From a virus (taxonomy: Duplodnaviria > Caudoviricetes): 63,040 nucleotides of DNA. The position numbers and the translations under genes are program-made. Location of the stretch: positions 1 to 63,040 of the IMG/VR virus record IMGVR_UViG_3300031939_000001. One strand, 5' to 3'. Numbering within the stretch: the stretch's first letter is position 1; each line of letters starts with the position of its first letter. Shown piece by piece: positions 38,322 to 48,246 of this stretch. The notes beneath the pieces are model-generated. The model did no database searches. It was given only the letters and a program-made list of their open reading frames with translations, and was not told where the DNA came from.

Positions 38322-39466
38322 TGGTAGCTGTCCGTCCTGGTCGAGCGGCCGTCGATCTGCTGGGGCCGGGTGACGTCGAGCGGGTGGGTGACCGTGTCGA
38401 CGACGTGGCGTTCGACGGCGCGCGGGATGTCGTACCGCTGGCGGGGGGCCAGCACGTCGATCGCGTCGAAGGCGTCGATGGCCGGGTTGTGCACTGCGGT
38501 GACCGACACCTGGCTGGCCAGGCCGGTGGTCTTGTAGAGCACGGCGGCGCCGGCCTGGATCGCGCCGGCGGCGCTCATCGTCAGCGGGGTGTCGAAGTAG
38601 TAGGGGACCAGGCCGAAGCTGCTCGACGGGCTGACCGTCGGCGGGGTCGGCCCCCACGTCCCGCCGGCCACGTAGGTCTGCGAGTTGGGGTCGTTGTCGA
38701 AGACGTACTGGGTGGCGAAGGCGGACCCGGCGGCCGCCGAGGACTCGACGACGATCACGTTGTAGGTGACCGTCCTCGAGCGGGACCGGTCGAGGGAGAC
38801 CAGCACGCCGGAGTCGGAGGCGTCGATCAGCCAGTCGGCGGTGGGCTTGGTCGTCGGCTGGTCGGCGATGACGCCGTTGCCGTTGCGGTCGAAGTAGACC
38901 CACAGCCCGGCCTGCTTGGCGAGGTCGAGGATCGCGGTGTCGCGGGCCTGGTCGAAGGTCAGCGTCGGCGTGGTCGCCTTGCTCGTCGAGGTGACCGTCG
39001 CGGTGAGCCCGGCACCCTGGATGAGCTGCTGGATCTGGCTGACCACCAGCAGCCCCTTGGTGGAGGCGGCCGGGCCGAGGAACTTCGCCCGCACGATCCG
39101 CTGCCAGAGGTCCGGCGCGGTCAGTGACAGCTTCCCGCCGCCCTCGGTCAGCGTCTCGTCGTCGACGTCGAAGACCCCCATGGGGATCTGCACGGTCGCG
39201 CGGTTGGTGTAGGTGACATTCGCCGTCACCGTCAGCGTGGTGCCGATCGGTGCGAGCAGGTCGAACAGGCCGGGGGTCGGCGCGAGGTCGAGGGTGAGCA
39301 CCCGCCGCACGCCCGGCTCGGCGGTGTCGGTGATCTGGCCGCCGACCGGCGCCATGTTCTGCGCGCCGGCGACCGCCTGCCCCTTGTAGCTGGCCGAGAC
39401 GGTGTAGTTGAGCGCGAAGCCGGAGCGGATGGCAGAGCGGTAGGGGTCCGGGAGCGCGTAGGCCAC
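38318..39466 (-). CDS. Minor tail (hub-like) protein
   Basis: VRRVLTL..PMGVF..YFDRNG..YNVIVV..FG.VP; position in tail module. Confidence 0.8.
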   Translation of the reverse strand: MAYALPDPYRSAIRSGFALNYTVSASYKGQAVAGAQNMAPVGGQITDTAEPGVRRVLTLDLAPTPGLFDLLAPIGTTLTVTANVTYTNRATVQIPMGVFDVDDETLTEGGGKLSLTAPDLWQRIVRAKFLGPAASTKGLLVVSQIQQLIQGAGLTATVTSTSKATTPTLTFDQARDTAILDLAKQAGLWVYFDRNGNGVIADQPTTKPTADWLIDASDSGVLVSLDRSRSRTVTYNVIVVESSAAAGSAFATQYVFDNDPNSQTYVAGGTWGPTPPTVSPSSSFGLVPYYFDTPLTMSAAGAIQAGAAVLYKTTGLASQVSVTAVHNPAIDAFDAIDVLAPRQRYDIPRAVERHVVDTVTHPLDVTRPQQIDGRSTRTDSYQ

Positions 39467-39517
39467 CGGCGACCTCCTCGGGTTGGAAGGCCGCCGGTGG
39501 CCCGGCGGGGGATCGTG

Positions 39518-40987
39518 CTAGGCGATGTGGATGACGCTCGTCCAGCCGGGGCTGGTGGTCCCGGCCAGCAGGTCGAGGTAGCTGCGGTAGTCGGTGTAGA
39601 GCGACTGGTAGGAGGTCTCACTGGCGAGCACGTCGGTGTAGCTGCGCGCCGCCTGGGTGCCGCCCGCCGGCTCGTCGGTCTCGTCGTAGGGCAGCGTGGC
39701 GATCAGCCAGGACTCATAGACCTTGTTCGTCGGCTCGTCGTACTCGACGTCGGCGACCGAGATGTACTTGGTCGCGTTGTTGTAGCCGAGCGTGGCCGGC
39801 ACGTTGAGCAGTAGCACCTGAGTGTCGGCGAGCAGGGCGTCGAGGGCCGCCTTCTCCCCGGCCGTGCGGATGTTGAGCACGAGCTGGGAGTTCTCCCCCT
39901 TGCGGGCGCCGTCGGTGATGACCACGACGTTCTTGCGGCCCATCACCGAGAAGACGCCGCGCGCGGCGGTGTAGGTCCGCTTGGCCCAGGTGTCCGGGGC
40001 CAGGGACACCGTCATCGACAGGTCCGGCACCCCGGGGTGGATCAGCCACACCGCCTCCCCGGGCACCGTCACCTGCGCGGAGACGTTGCCCGGGGAGTTC
40101 ATCGCGAAGTAGCTGACCGCAGCGCCCATCGGGGCCTCGTAGTCGTAGGCCAGGGCCGCCCCCCCGGAGATGGGCAGCGGCGCCCCGTCCGAGGTCCGCA
40201 CGACACTGGTCGTGCCGTCCGGGTTGTTGCGGATGATCGTGTCCGAGGTCTCGGTCGAGTCCGCGTCGGTCAGGTTGAGCACCACCCGGGGCGGGGTGCT
40301 GGTGGTGTCGACCGTCGGGGTGATCGTCGCCGAGTACGCCTGCAGAACGTAGGTCGACGCGGACGCCTCGGCGGTGCCGGTCCAGGAGTAGACCTGCCCG
40401 CCGGCCGAGCCCGGGTTGACGTCGGGGGTGTCACCGTCGAAGTACGTGCCGACGGTGCCGCCGAGCTCGACCAGGGCGGCGGTGGCGTCGAGATAGTCCC
40501 CGACGGCCCAGTTGCTGCCGCCGGTGGCGCTCTGCACGACCGCCGTCATGCAGGTGGCCCCTAGCCCGGCCAGTGCGCCGGCGTAGGAGAGCCGCGTCCA
40601 GGCGCTCCCCGCCACCGCCGTCGCGGTGCCGGGGACACTGTTGATCAAGGTCCCGGAGGCGTTCCAGTAGTTGACCGTGAGCTGCAGCGTCTGCGCCTTG
40701 GAGCAGCGGACGTAGAGCGAGACGGTGTAACTGTTGCCGCCGGTGATCGCGAACGGCAGGCCGCTGCTCTTGCCGTCGAGCAGCACCCCGCCGCCGATCG
40801 CGGTGGCCGCGGTCGTCCAGGTGGCCCGAACGAGGGTGCTCGGGGCGCCCGGAAACGCCGTGTTCGCGGCGCCCTGCTCGGACAGGTTCCCCGCGCCGGA
40901 CGGGAAGTAGGTCCCCCAGCCGGGGGTGGCCGTCGCCCGGGGGTTGGGGGCCAGGTTCGTCCGAGTGGTGGCGTTGTAGAGGCTCAC
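39518..40987 (-). CDS. Distal-tail-like protein with carbohydrate-binding insertion
   Basis: TNLAPNP, YTVSLYVR, WTRLS, YFDGD, DYEAP, WLIHP. Confidence 0.75.
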   Translation of the reverse strand: MSLYNATTRTNLAPNPRATATPGWGTYFPSGAGNLSEQGAANTAFPGAPSTLVRATWTTAATAIGGGVLLDGKSSGLPFAITGGNSYTVSLYVRCSKAQTLQLTVNYWNASGTLINSVPGTATAVAGSAWTRLSYAGALAGLGATCMTAVVQSATGGSNWAVGDYLDATAALVELGGTVGTYFDGDTPDVNPGSAGGQVYSWTGTAEASASTYVLQAYSATITPTVDTTSTPPRVVLNLTDADSTETSDTIIRNNPDGTTSVVRTSDGAPLPISGGAALAYDYEAPMGAAVSYFAMNSPGNVSAQVTVPGEAVWLIHPGVPDLSMTVSLAPDTWAKRTYTAARGVFSVMGRKNVVVITDGARKGENSQLVLNIRTAGEKAALDALLADTQVLLLNVPATLGYNNATKYISVADVEYDEPTNKVYESWLIATLPYDETDEPAGGTQAARSYTDVLASETSYQSLYTDYRSYLDLLAGTTSPGWTSVIHIA

Positions 40988-40992
40988 GCGGG

Positions 40993-43900
40993 TCAGTACC
41001 TCCCTCGGTTGGTGGCCGCCGTGGCGAACTGGACGATGCGGCCGTCGAGCAGGGCCGTGGTGGCCTCGCCGTCGAGCTGCAGCACGATCGGCTGCTGCCC
41101 GCCGCCGGCGGCTGCCGGAGCGAGGCGGACGCCGCGGCCCGGGTAGGCCGGCAGCCCGGCGTTGATCTTCTGCAGCAGCGGCAGGTTCGCCGACGTCGCG
41201 GCCGCGTTGACGACGAACTCGCCGTCGGAGAGCCGGCGCAGGATCGAGTCCGAGGTCCCGGTGCCCGCGCCGCGCACCAGACCACCGGCCGCGTGGCCGG
41301 GGATCAGGTGGAACGCGGAGAACGCGCCGGCGATCTCCTTGCCCGTCTTGTCGACCGCGTCGAGCATCACCGTCTTGCCGTTGGGGATGCTGGCGATGGC
41401 CGCCTTGAGCGCGGCGATCCCGCCGCTGGCGTGGTCGTTGAGCGTGACCGAGACCGAGCCGTTGGGCAGCTCCTTGACCGTGAGGCCCAGGTTCTTCAGC
41501 GACTGGATCTGCGCCCCACTCGCAGCCGAGAGGGTGGCGGTGTTGCCCTTCCAGGTGGCGTCCTGGGTGAGCCCCATCTGCTGAATGACGCCCTTGAGGT
41601 TGCCGACCGACTTGACGTTCCCGTAGACCGCGAGGTCCTGGGACTTGGCCGCAGCGATCGACCGGTGCGTGGCGTCGGTGACGCCGAGGATCGCGTCCTC
41701 CTCGTTCTTGTAGTCCTGGATGATCCCCGGCAGCCACGCCGAGCTCTGGCCCTGCTTCTTCAAGGCGTCGAGCTGGGCCTGGCTGGACGCGATGGCCCGG
41801 TCGTAGGCGGCCTTGACCTTCGCGACCGCCGCCGGGTCCCCCACCGCCGCGCTGGTGACGGTGGCCGAGTCGACCCCCACCGTCGCCGCGGAGTCGACGA
41901 GGTTGAACTTCTGGTTGCCGATCTTGGCGCCGATCAGCGACTGGTATGCCTGCTTGCGGATGTTGGCGTCGATCGCGCCGTTGTTGTCGCCGATCGCCTG
42001 GGTCAGGTTCTTCGTGTCGGTGGTCAGCGTCTCGGTGTTCTTGCCGATCTTGCCCAGCCAGTCGAACAGCGTGGGGAGGAGCAGGATCGCCGCCGTGATC
42101 CCGAGACCCCAGGGGCCGCCGAAGAACGACATCAGGCTGCCCCCGGCGCTGCGCAGCCCGCTGAGGGCCCCGACACCGACGCGGCCGACGACCGCGCCCA
42201 TCCCAGCCATGCTTGCCCCGACCTCGGAGGTCACCGTGGACGCGGCCGACCTCATGCCCGTCCAGGCCCGGCCCAGGCCGGTGGACATGGCCAGGCCCGC
42301 CGTGGTGACCCCGGTGCGGATGGTCGCGTTGAGGGCGGCCATCGACTCGGCCGCCTTGGCGGGCAGGCCTGCCAGTGCCGCGCCCGCCTCGGTGACCGCG
42401 CCCCGCATCCCGGCGCCGAGCGTGGTGCCGAGTTCGGCCACCGACCCGACGACCTCACTCGCCCCGGCCTGGAGCCGGACGAAGGCGCCGGTGACGAGGT
42501 TGTCGATCGCGATGGCGGCGTCGCCGGCGGCCGCCTGCAGGGTGCGGAACGGCACCCACGAGTCGAACGCCGGGGTGGTCGAATACTCGGCGAGCTGCGC
42601 GAAGTATTCGCTCGTCGCCGCCCGCATCTGCAGGAACTGGGCGCGCACGGTGTCCGCCCCGGCGGTGACGCCGGAGGCGAACCGCGAGACCCCCTCGTTG
42701 GCGGCGATCATCGCGCCGTCGACACCTTCGGCGAAGGTGGTCATGGCGCCCCGGGTGGTGGACACCGCCGTCTTGACGCCGTTGAGCGTCGCCGGCAGCA
42801 GCCCGACCTTCGTCCTGGCCCCGTCGACCGAGGTGGCCCACAGGCCGGTCTCCTGGCGGGTGCCGAAGAGGGCGGTGCGCAGCCCGGAGACCCCGCCGGA
42901 GGCGGTCGAGGCGGCCGTGCCACCGAAGCCCACGAGTGCGGCGCCGGCGGTGCCGACACTGCGGGCGGCGGCCTCGGCACCGCTGCGGACGGCGGCGAAC
43001 ATGCCCACCCCGGGCCCGCCGAAGAGGTTGCTGCGCTGCAGGCTGGTCGCGCGGGCGTCGCCGAACGTCGCCCCGTAGCTGCCGAGGACGCCGCCGGTCG
43101 CCCGGGCCGCCGAGCTGGTGTTGCGGACCGCCGAGCCGACGAAGCCGCGCAGGCCACTCCCGCCGGAGGTGGTCCCGCCGGACCCCACGATGGCGCGGGC
43201 GCCGAGCAGGCCGGGGAACATGCCGGAGCGGAAGACCGCGATCCCGGCCAGTGCCACGACGGCGTCGCGGATGAGCCCGGGCAGCGCGGCGAAGGCCTTG
43301 GCGATCTCGCCGACGACGCCGAGGACGACGCCGAGGATCGGCAGCGCCACCGAGCCGATCGCCCCGATCGCGGTGAGCGCGATCGTGCCCCAGTCGCCGA
43401 GGGACTGGATCGCGGCGGACAGGCCGTCGCCGAAGTCGGTGATGATCTTCTGCGCGCTCTTGGCGACGCTCGAGGTGGCCACCTGCGTCCACAGGTCGCC
43501 GACCTTCGTCGCGATCCGGCCGACCTGCGTCTCGATCTCGCCAAACACCTTCTTGGCGGTGCCGAACACGCCGCTGGCCGTGTCGGAGTGGAAGACCTTG
43601 CCCAGGCTGACGGCGAACGCCTCGGCCTTGGGGATGCCGGTGGTGGCGATCCAGCTCGCTATCCCGCCGAGGACGGGCAGCAGGCCGGTGCCCACCTTGA
43701 CCATGACCGCCTGCAGCGAGTCCTCGAGCTGCTTGAACTGGAACTTCGCGGTGTGGGTGACCGCCTCCCACTTCGCCTGGAAGTTGTCGCCGTCCTTGAC
43801 GATCGCGCCGAGCTTGCTGTGGTACCGGTCGATCTGGTCCATCAGAATGGTCAGGCCGGCGCCGGAACGCTTGGTGAAGACCTGGGTGAGGAATGCGCCG

Positions 43901-44730
43901 AAGTCCTTGGTCGTCATTCCCGCGTCGACCATGTGGGTGTGCAGGTCATCGAGGGCCTGGGTCAGGCCGCCGGCCTTGATGTCATTGATCAGCTTCTCCT
44001 GGGAGAGGCCAATCTTTTCCAGCAGCGGACCGCCACCCTGGGCGACCTTGAAGAAGGACTGCACGGCCATTCGGAGCATGGTCGCGGCGTTGGAGCCACG
44101 AATGTTCAGGTCACCGAAGGTGGCCAGGGCGGCGCCGGTCTGGTCGAGGTTGACGCCGTAGGCCGCCATTGTCGGCAGGAGACCGTTGTGCATCGCGTCG
44201 TTGAGGTCGCTCATGCTCATGTCGCCCTCGCCGACGATCGAGAGCAGCTTGCCCATCGTCTGCGAGTAGGTGGCGCCCTTGTCGATGCCGGAGGCGATCG
44301 TCGAGGTGAGCGAGTTGACCGTCGCCTCAAGGTCGGCGTGGCCGATCGCCGCGCCCTTGGCGGCCACCGTCACCGCGTCGAGGGCGTCCTTGCCCTTCAG
44401 CCCGATCGAGGCCATGTGGTACAGGCCGGTCGCGAGCTCGGTGGGGCTCTGCGCGACCTTTCCGGCCAGGCCGAGCACCTGATCCTTCAGGGCGTAGACC
44501 GACGCGCCGGCCGCACCGGTCAGGTTCTTGATCTGCACCATCTGGGCCTGGAAGTCGCTGGCCTTCTTCACCGAGACCGCCAGCGCCGCGCCGAGCGCGG
44601 CGACGCCGAGACCGGCGGCGAGCCTGCCCACGGCGCCGCCGGCGGTCTCGGCTTCCGCCCCGACCTTGCGGAAAGCCGGGCTGGCGTTGTCGATTGCGAT
44701 GAGGTCCCAGACGAGCGCCAGCGTGCTCAT
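40993..44730 (-). CDS. Tape measure protein
   Basis: 1245 aa Ala/Gly-rich; TP901-type core; C-terminal GGLVRGAGTGTSDSI..LSDGEFVV. Confidence 0.93.
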   Translation of the reverse strand: MSTLALVWDLIAIDNASPAFRKVGAEAETAGGAVGRLAAGLGVAALGAALAVSVKKASDFQAQMVQIKNLTGAAGASVYALKDQVLGLAGKVAQSPTELATGLYHMASIGLKGKDALDAVTVAAKGAAIGHADLEATVNSLTSTIASGIDKGATYSQTMGKLLSIVGEGDMSMSDLNDAMHNGLLPTMAAYGVNLDQTGAALATFGDLNIRGSNAATMLRMAVQSFFKVAQGGGPLLEKIGLSQEKLINDIKAGGLTQALDDLHTHMVDAGMTTKDFGAFLTQVFTKRSGAGLTILMDQIDRYHSKLGAIVKDGDNFQAKWEAVTHTAKFQFKQLEDSLQAVMVKVGTGLLPVLGGIASWIATTGIPKAEAFAVSLGKVFHSDTASGVFGTAKKVFGEIETQVGRIATKVGDLWTQVATSSVAKSAQKIITDFGDGLSAAIQSLGDWGTIALTAIGAIGSVALPILGVVLGVVGEIAKAFAALPGLIRDAVVALAGIAVFRSGMFPGLLGARAIVGSGGTTSGGSGLRGFVGSAVRNTSSAARATGGVLGSYGATFGDARATSLQRSNLFGGPGVGMFAAVRSGAEAAARSVGTAGAALVGFGGTAASTASGGVSGLRTALFGTRQETGLWATSVDGARTKVGLLPATLNGVKTAVSTTRGAMTTFAEGVDGAMIAANEGVSRFASGVTAGADTVRAQFLQMRAATSEYFAQLAEYSTTPAFDSWVPFRTLQAAAGDAAIAIDNLVTGAFVRLQAGASEVVGSVAELGTTLGAGMRGAVTEAGAALAGLPAKAAESMAALNATIRTGVTTAGLAMSTGLGRAWTGMRSAASTVTSEVGASMAGMGAVVGRVGVGALSGLRSAGGSLMSFFGGPWGLGITAAILLLPTLFDWLGKIGKNTETLTTDTKNLTQAIGDNNGAIDANIRKQAYQSLIGAKIGNQKFNLVDSAATVGVDSATVTSAAVGDPAAVAKVKAAYDRAIASSQAQLDALKKQGQSSAWLPGIIQDYKNEEDAILGVTDATHRSIAAAKSQDLAVYGNVKSVGNLKGVIQQMGLTQDATWKGNTATLSAASGAQIQSLKNLGLTVKELPNGSVSVTLNDHASGGIAALKAAIASIPNGKTVMLDAVDKTGKEIAGAFSAFHLIPGHAAGGLVRGAGTGTSDSILRRLSDGEFVVNAAATSANLPLLQKINAGLPAYPGRGVRLAPAAAGGGQQPIVLQLDGEATTALLDGRIVQFATAATNRGRY

Positions 44731-45207
44731 TTACAGCCCCATTCCGTTCACCCTGCGGTCGATTTCGATGAGCACGCGCTCCATTAGCGCGGTCGCCATT
44801 GGGCGCGCCTTCTCGCCGCCGCGCTGGTAGTAGTCGACGGTCGGCGCGTAGGAGGTCTGCGCCCAGTGCTCATTGGGCTTGGGCGTCATGTAGCGGCCGA
44901 AGACCGGGTGCTTCCACGGGCCCTTGTCGCCGTAGCGGCCGCCGCCGGTGTACTGCACCCGGATCCACATATTCCGGCCGGAACTGCGGACGTAGCGGCG
45001 AGGCTTTCGCCGCGCCATCCACTCGTTCATGCCGCCGCCCTTGGGGAAGTCGGCGGCCGCCTCGGCCTGGATCTGCTGGACGACCGGGATGACCGCCTCG
45101 CGGAGGGCGGCGTTCATCTCCTTGCGGACCTCGACCAGCCCGGCGGCCCGGATCTTGGCCACCAGCCGGGGGAACTCGGTCTCCCCGTTGACGACGCGGA
45201 CGCTCAC
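44731..45207 (-). CDS. Tail completion-like protein
   Basis: WKHPVFG motif; position in tail module. Confidence 0.6.
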   Translation of the reverse strand: MSVRVVNGETEFPRLVAKIRAAGLVEVRKEMNAALREAVIPVVQQIQAEAAADFPKGGGMNEWMARRKPRRYVRSSGRNMWIRVQYTGGGRYGDKGPWKHPVFGRYMTPKPNEHWAQTSYAPTVDYYQRGGEKARPMATALMERVLIEIDRRVNGMGL

Positions 45208-45862
45208 ACCGACTCCTTGAGTAGTTGGTCAAGCCGGGACTGCACGGCCGGGTCGAGGCGCCCGGTCGGGTCGGCGCCGAGCGCCTGGGTCCACTCGCCG
45301 AGCGCGTCATCGACGTCGAGCGGCTCGAAGTCCCCCCCGCCGACCGCCAGGGCGATGAGCTGCGCCTGGCGGTCGGCGATGAGGAGTTGCCGCAGGCGCT
45401 CGACCAGCAGCTCGTGGGCGATGTCGCAGAGGTCGCGCAGCGGGAGGGCTACGCCGAACGGCTCACGCCGAGCGCCAGGTCCGGCCGGGCCGGGACCGCC
45501 GGCGGGGGCGTAGCCCCACCGTCGGGCCGCGACTCGGACGTCTCCTTGATGGGCGCGGGCCCAGAGGAGGAGTCGGACGGCGCCCCAGTAGGGCGCTCGG
45601 CATCGAGCGCCAGCCGGTCCCGGAAGACGACGAGGTAGTCATCGGCCTTCGCGCGGTTGCGCCGGCTGACCTGGCGGAAACGCTCCTGGTCGGCGTCATC
45701 GACGCACCCCAGCGCCAGCCGCCAGGCGACGGCCAGGCCGCGCAGCCCCTCGGCCTCGATGCCGTTGTCGAGCGCCTCGGCGAACTCGGTGACGGCGAAC
45801 TGGTCGATCTCCTCGGCGTAGACGAACTGCTCGCCGAAGTAGCTGAAGGTGGTGGTCCCCAC
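45204..45862 (-). CDS. Tail assembly chaperone GT via -1 frameshift at CGCCCTAC (45588-45595)
   Basis: -1 frame open from PYWGAVRLLLWA to LLKESV*, whose stop overlaps the next GTG. Confidence 0.72.
45449..45862 (-). CDS. Tail assembly chaperone (G)
   Basis: Follows major tail gene; ERPT..PSDSS motif. Confidence 0.8.
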   Translation of the reverse strand: MGTTTFSYFGEQFVYAEEIDQFAVTEFAEALDNGIEAEGLRGLAVAWRLALGCVDDADQERFRQVSRRNRAKADDYLVVFRDRLALDAERPTGAPSDSSSGPAPIKETSESRPDGGATPPPAVPARPDLALGVSRSA

Positions 45863-45867
45863 TGTGA

Positions 45868-46455
45868 TCAGCCCCGACCGTCGCCGGCGAAGAACCAGCT
45901 GTAGGCAGGCGTCGTGGACACGCCCTTCACCACGTTGGCGGTGAACGGGATCATGGCCATGTTGGGGGCCTTGGCGAACTGCACCGACAGGTCGCCGGAG
46001 TTGCGGCAGGTGCGGCCGATCCACCGGACCGTCGAGTCGAGCGACTCGTAGCCGAGCATGAACGCGGTCTCGGCCTGCGGGTCGGGCGCGTCGACCTGGG
46101 TCAGGCTCGTGACGGTCGCGCCGGTGACCGTCTTGACCGCGTTGTTCAGCGCCCGGGCGAGGTTGCTCGCCGTGAACGTGAGCAGGTCGAAGGACGCCGT
46201 CACGACGCGCTTGGTGGTGCGCGAGTCCAGCGGCATGTAGTCCTCGGCGGACTCCAGGTCGGAGCTGGTGGCGTTGTCGCTGATCTTGGTGCCGGACGAG
46301 GTGCGGCCCAGCGGGATCCAGGCGATCGGCCAGGGGTCGGTGAAGAGGCCGCCGGCGACGGTGTTGGCGGGCTCGGCGGTGCCCAGCGGGGCGAAGAGGA
46401 GGAAGCCGGCGTCCGTCAGGACGTTCGGCGCGGGCAGGGTGACGTTCGCGGTCAC
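45868..46455 (-). CDS. Major tail protein
   Basis: FAPLGTAEP..WIPLGRT..G; upstream of the chaperone. Confidence 0.82.
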   Translation of the reverse strand: MTANVTLPAPNVLTDAGFLLFAPLGTAEPANTVAGGLFTDPWPIAWIPLGRTSSGTKISDNATSSDLESAEDYMPLDSRTTKRVVTASFDLLTFTASNLARALNNAVKTVTGATVTSLTQVDAPDPQAETAFMLGYESLDSTVRWIGRTCRNSGDLSVQFAKAPNMAMIPFTANVVKGVSTTPAYSWFFAGDGRG

Positions 46456-46577
46456 GCGCGGGGCCTTTCATGCGAAAACCCCGCACCGGTGACCGGTACG
46501 GGGCGAACGGGGTGGGCTGTTCAGTTGTGGGGCGGGGCGCCGCCAATGACCCCTGGCGGCGGGGGAGCGGGGGCCGA

Positions 46578-46832
46578 CTAGGCGGCGGGCGGGACCGGCG
46601 GCAGCCCCTCGAGCGGCGCGGTGTCCTCGCCGTCGTCGGCGGGCGCGACGTCGTCGACCCGGCGCACCAGGCCCTGCTCGTCGTAGCGGTACCGCTCGAC
46701 GTTGCTGACCGGGACCGGGTGGCCCGGGCGGTAGGCGACGAGGCCGTTGAAGTAGATGTCCGCGACGGCCTCGAAGGTGCCGTACTCGGCGAGCTCGGCC
46801 GCGGCGCGGGCCTCGTAAGCGGGGGTGGTCAC
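46578..46832 (-). CDS. Hypothetical virion-region protein
   Basis: AYRPGHPVPVSNVE. Confidence 0.65.
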   Translation of the reverse strand: MTTPAYEARAAAELAEYGTFEAVADIYFNGLVAYRPGHPVPVSNVERYRYDEQGLVRRVDDVAPADDGEDTAPLEGLPPVPPAA

Positions 46833-46845
46833 TGAGCGGTCCCTC

Positions 46846-47292
46846 TCAGTCGATGGTGGTGGAGTAGCGGAGGACGTGGATGAGCACCGTGGCGCTGCCG
46901 TTGGCGTTGCTCACGGAGTGCACCTCGACGGAGGTCTCGACGGACGAGTCCGGCGACAGCACGCCGGTCAGGCGCCGGTCGTCGCGGGTCCAGGCGTCGA
47001 TCGCGTCGGCCACGGCGAAGCAGTCGCCCTCGGCGATCGAGCCGTCGGCGTCGCCGGTCTGCGCGACGATCTGCGAGCGGATCTCGCCCACCTCGCGGCG
47101 CGACCAGCCGTCGTACTGCAGCGCGGTCTGGTAGGTGCCGGCGTTGTCACCATCGACGTAGCCGACGGTGACGTACCGCTCCGGGGCGTCGCCGGTGATC
47201 GGCGGCCCGGCCAGCACCTCGACGTCGGTGAGCCCGGCGAGGGTGGGGATGGTGGTGACCATCGCCGCCTTGACGCTCGGCCAGGCGGGCAT
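46846..47292 (-). CDS. Tail terminator-like protein
   Basis: Position; V.VG..D..L.G pattern. Confidence 0.65.
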   Translation of the reverse strand: MPAWPSVKAAMVTTIPTLAGLTDVEVLAGPPITGDAPERYVTVGYVDGDNAGTYQTALQYDGWSRREVGEIRSQIVAQTGDADGSIAEGDCFAVADAIDAWTRDDRRLTGVLSPDSSVETSVEVHSVSNANGSATVLIHVLRYSTTID

Positions 47293-47864
47293 CAGCCCAC
47301 CCCCGGCGGCCGCAGGTAGGGGAGCAGCAGCTCCATCGTGTCCGGGTGCAGGAAGCCCAGGTCGCCACCGAAAGCGGGCGGGGCGTCGTCCATCCCGCCG
47401 GCGGGCAGCGGCTGGGCGCCGCGCTGGGTCTTCCACATGTGCCGGACCTGGATGAGCACCGCCCGGTTGACCGGGTCCGGGATGTCGGCGCGGCCGACGG
47501 TGTAGGTGACGGTGAAGACCGAGCCGGGGCCGAGGAAGGGGAGCTGGCTGCCCATGAGCATCCGGCGGGCCACCCCGCTGGCCGTGTTGAGCCGCCAGTT
47601 GGCGGTGTCGTCGATCGCCGTCGCGCCGAGCCAAGGCTCGATGAGCACGGAGGTCAGCGCGGTCGCCGGGGTCTGCGACAGCACGATGCTGTAGCCGTGG
47701 TCGTAGATTTCCTCGGTGACCGAGTTGCCCGCCGAGAGCGGGCCGATCAGGTCGCCGATGGCGGCCACGGCGTCGGCGAGCGTCTGGGTCAGCTCGGCGT
47801 CGTCGGTGGTGCGGGTGATGTTGAGGTAGGTCTTGGCGTCGGCCAGGCCGACCAGGGCGGACAC
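47292..47864 (-). CDS. Head-tail connector/adaptor
   Basis: LADAKTYLNI..DDAEL; VTYTVGR..IP..AVL..HMW.TQRG. Confidence 0.82.
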   Translation of the reverse strand: MSALVGLADAKTYLNITRTTDDAELTQTLADAVAAIGDLIGPLSAGNSVTEEIYDHGYSIVLSQTPATALTSVLIEPWLGATAIDDTANWRLNTASGVARRMLMGSQLPFLGPGSVFTVTYTVGRADIPDPVNRAVLIQVRHMWKTQRGAQPLPAGGMDDAPPAFGGDLGFLHPDTMELLLPYLRPPGVG

Positions 47865-47885
47865 GGCGGCCTCCCGGCGGGTCGG

Positions 47886-48137
47886 TTACTTGTCGCTGGC
47901 GCGGGGCGCCGCGGTGGTCTCGATCTCGTCCTCGCCGGGCGCCTGGTGCTTGCCGCGCTGGGCGGGCACCTCGGGGCGCCCCAGGCCGTACTTCGCGGCG
48001 TGCTCGACGGCGGACAGTTCGCCGTCGACCTCGGGGTCGGCCGTGGCGAGGTGGTGCAGCGCCTGGGCGCGCTCGACGGCGTCCTCGCCGAAGCGGACGA
48101 GCAGATCCTCGGGCAGGGTCGTCAGGTGGTCAGCCAC
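47886..48137 (-). CDS. Hypothetical protein
   Basis: GAGGAGG RBS; ETTAAP tail typical of post-capsid genes. Confidence 0.6.
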   Translation of the reverse strand: MADHLTTLPEDLLVRFGEDAVERAQALHHLATADPEVDGELSAVEHAAKYGLGRPEVPAQRGKHQAPGEDEIETTAAPRASDK

Positions 48138-48172
48138 GAAGGGCCTCCTCGGGGTGGGGGATGGTTGGAAAG

Positions 48173-48246
48173 CACGGGCGCCAGGGGTCGAACCTGGAAA
48201 CCTCCGGTTTTGGAGACCGGCGCTCTGCCTGTTGAGCTACGCCCGC
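48173..48246 (-). tRNA. tRNA-Trp (CCA anticodon); 3' CCA not encoded
   Basis: GCGGGCG acceptor, TAGCTCAACAGGCAGAGC D-arm, CCGGT-CTCCAAA-ACCGG anticodon arm, GGTTCGAC T-loop. Confidence 0.93.

Noticed and set aside
41293-44787. Long antisense ORFs (e.g. 1164 aa opposite the tape measure) and many Arg/Pro-rich ORFs in the track
   Set aside because: Shadow frames of high-GC genes with no motifs or RBS
48173-48246. Suppressor tRNA or genome-wide stop-codon reassignment
   Set aside because: Anticodon is CCA (Trp); TAG and TGA terminate many genes normally
48173-48246. tRNA as an attP site
   Set aside because: No integrase seen; the tRNA is complete and lies in the head operon
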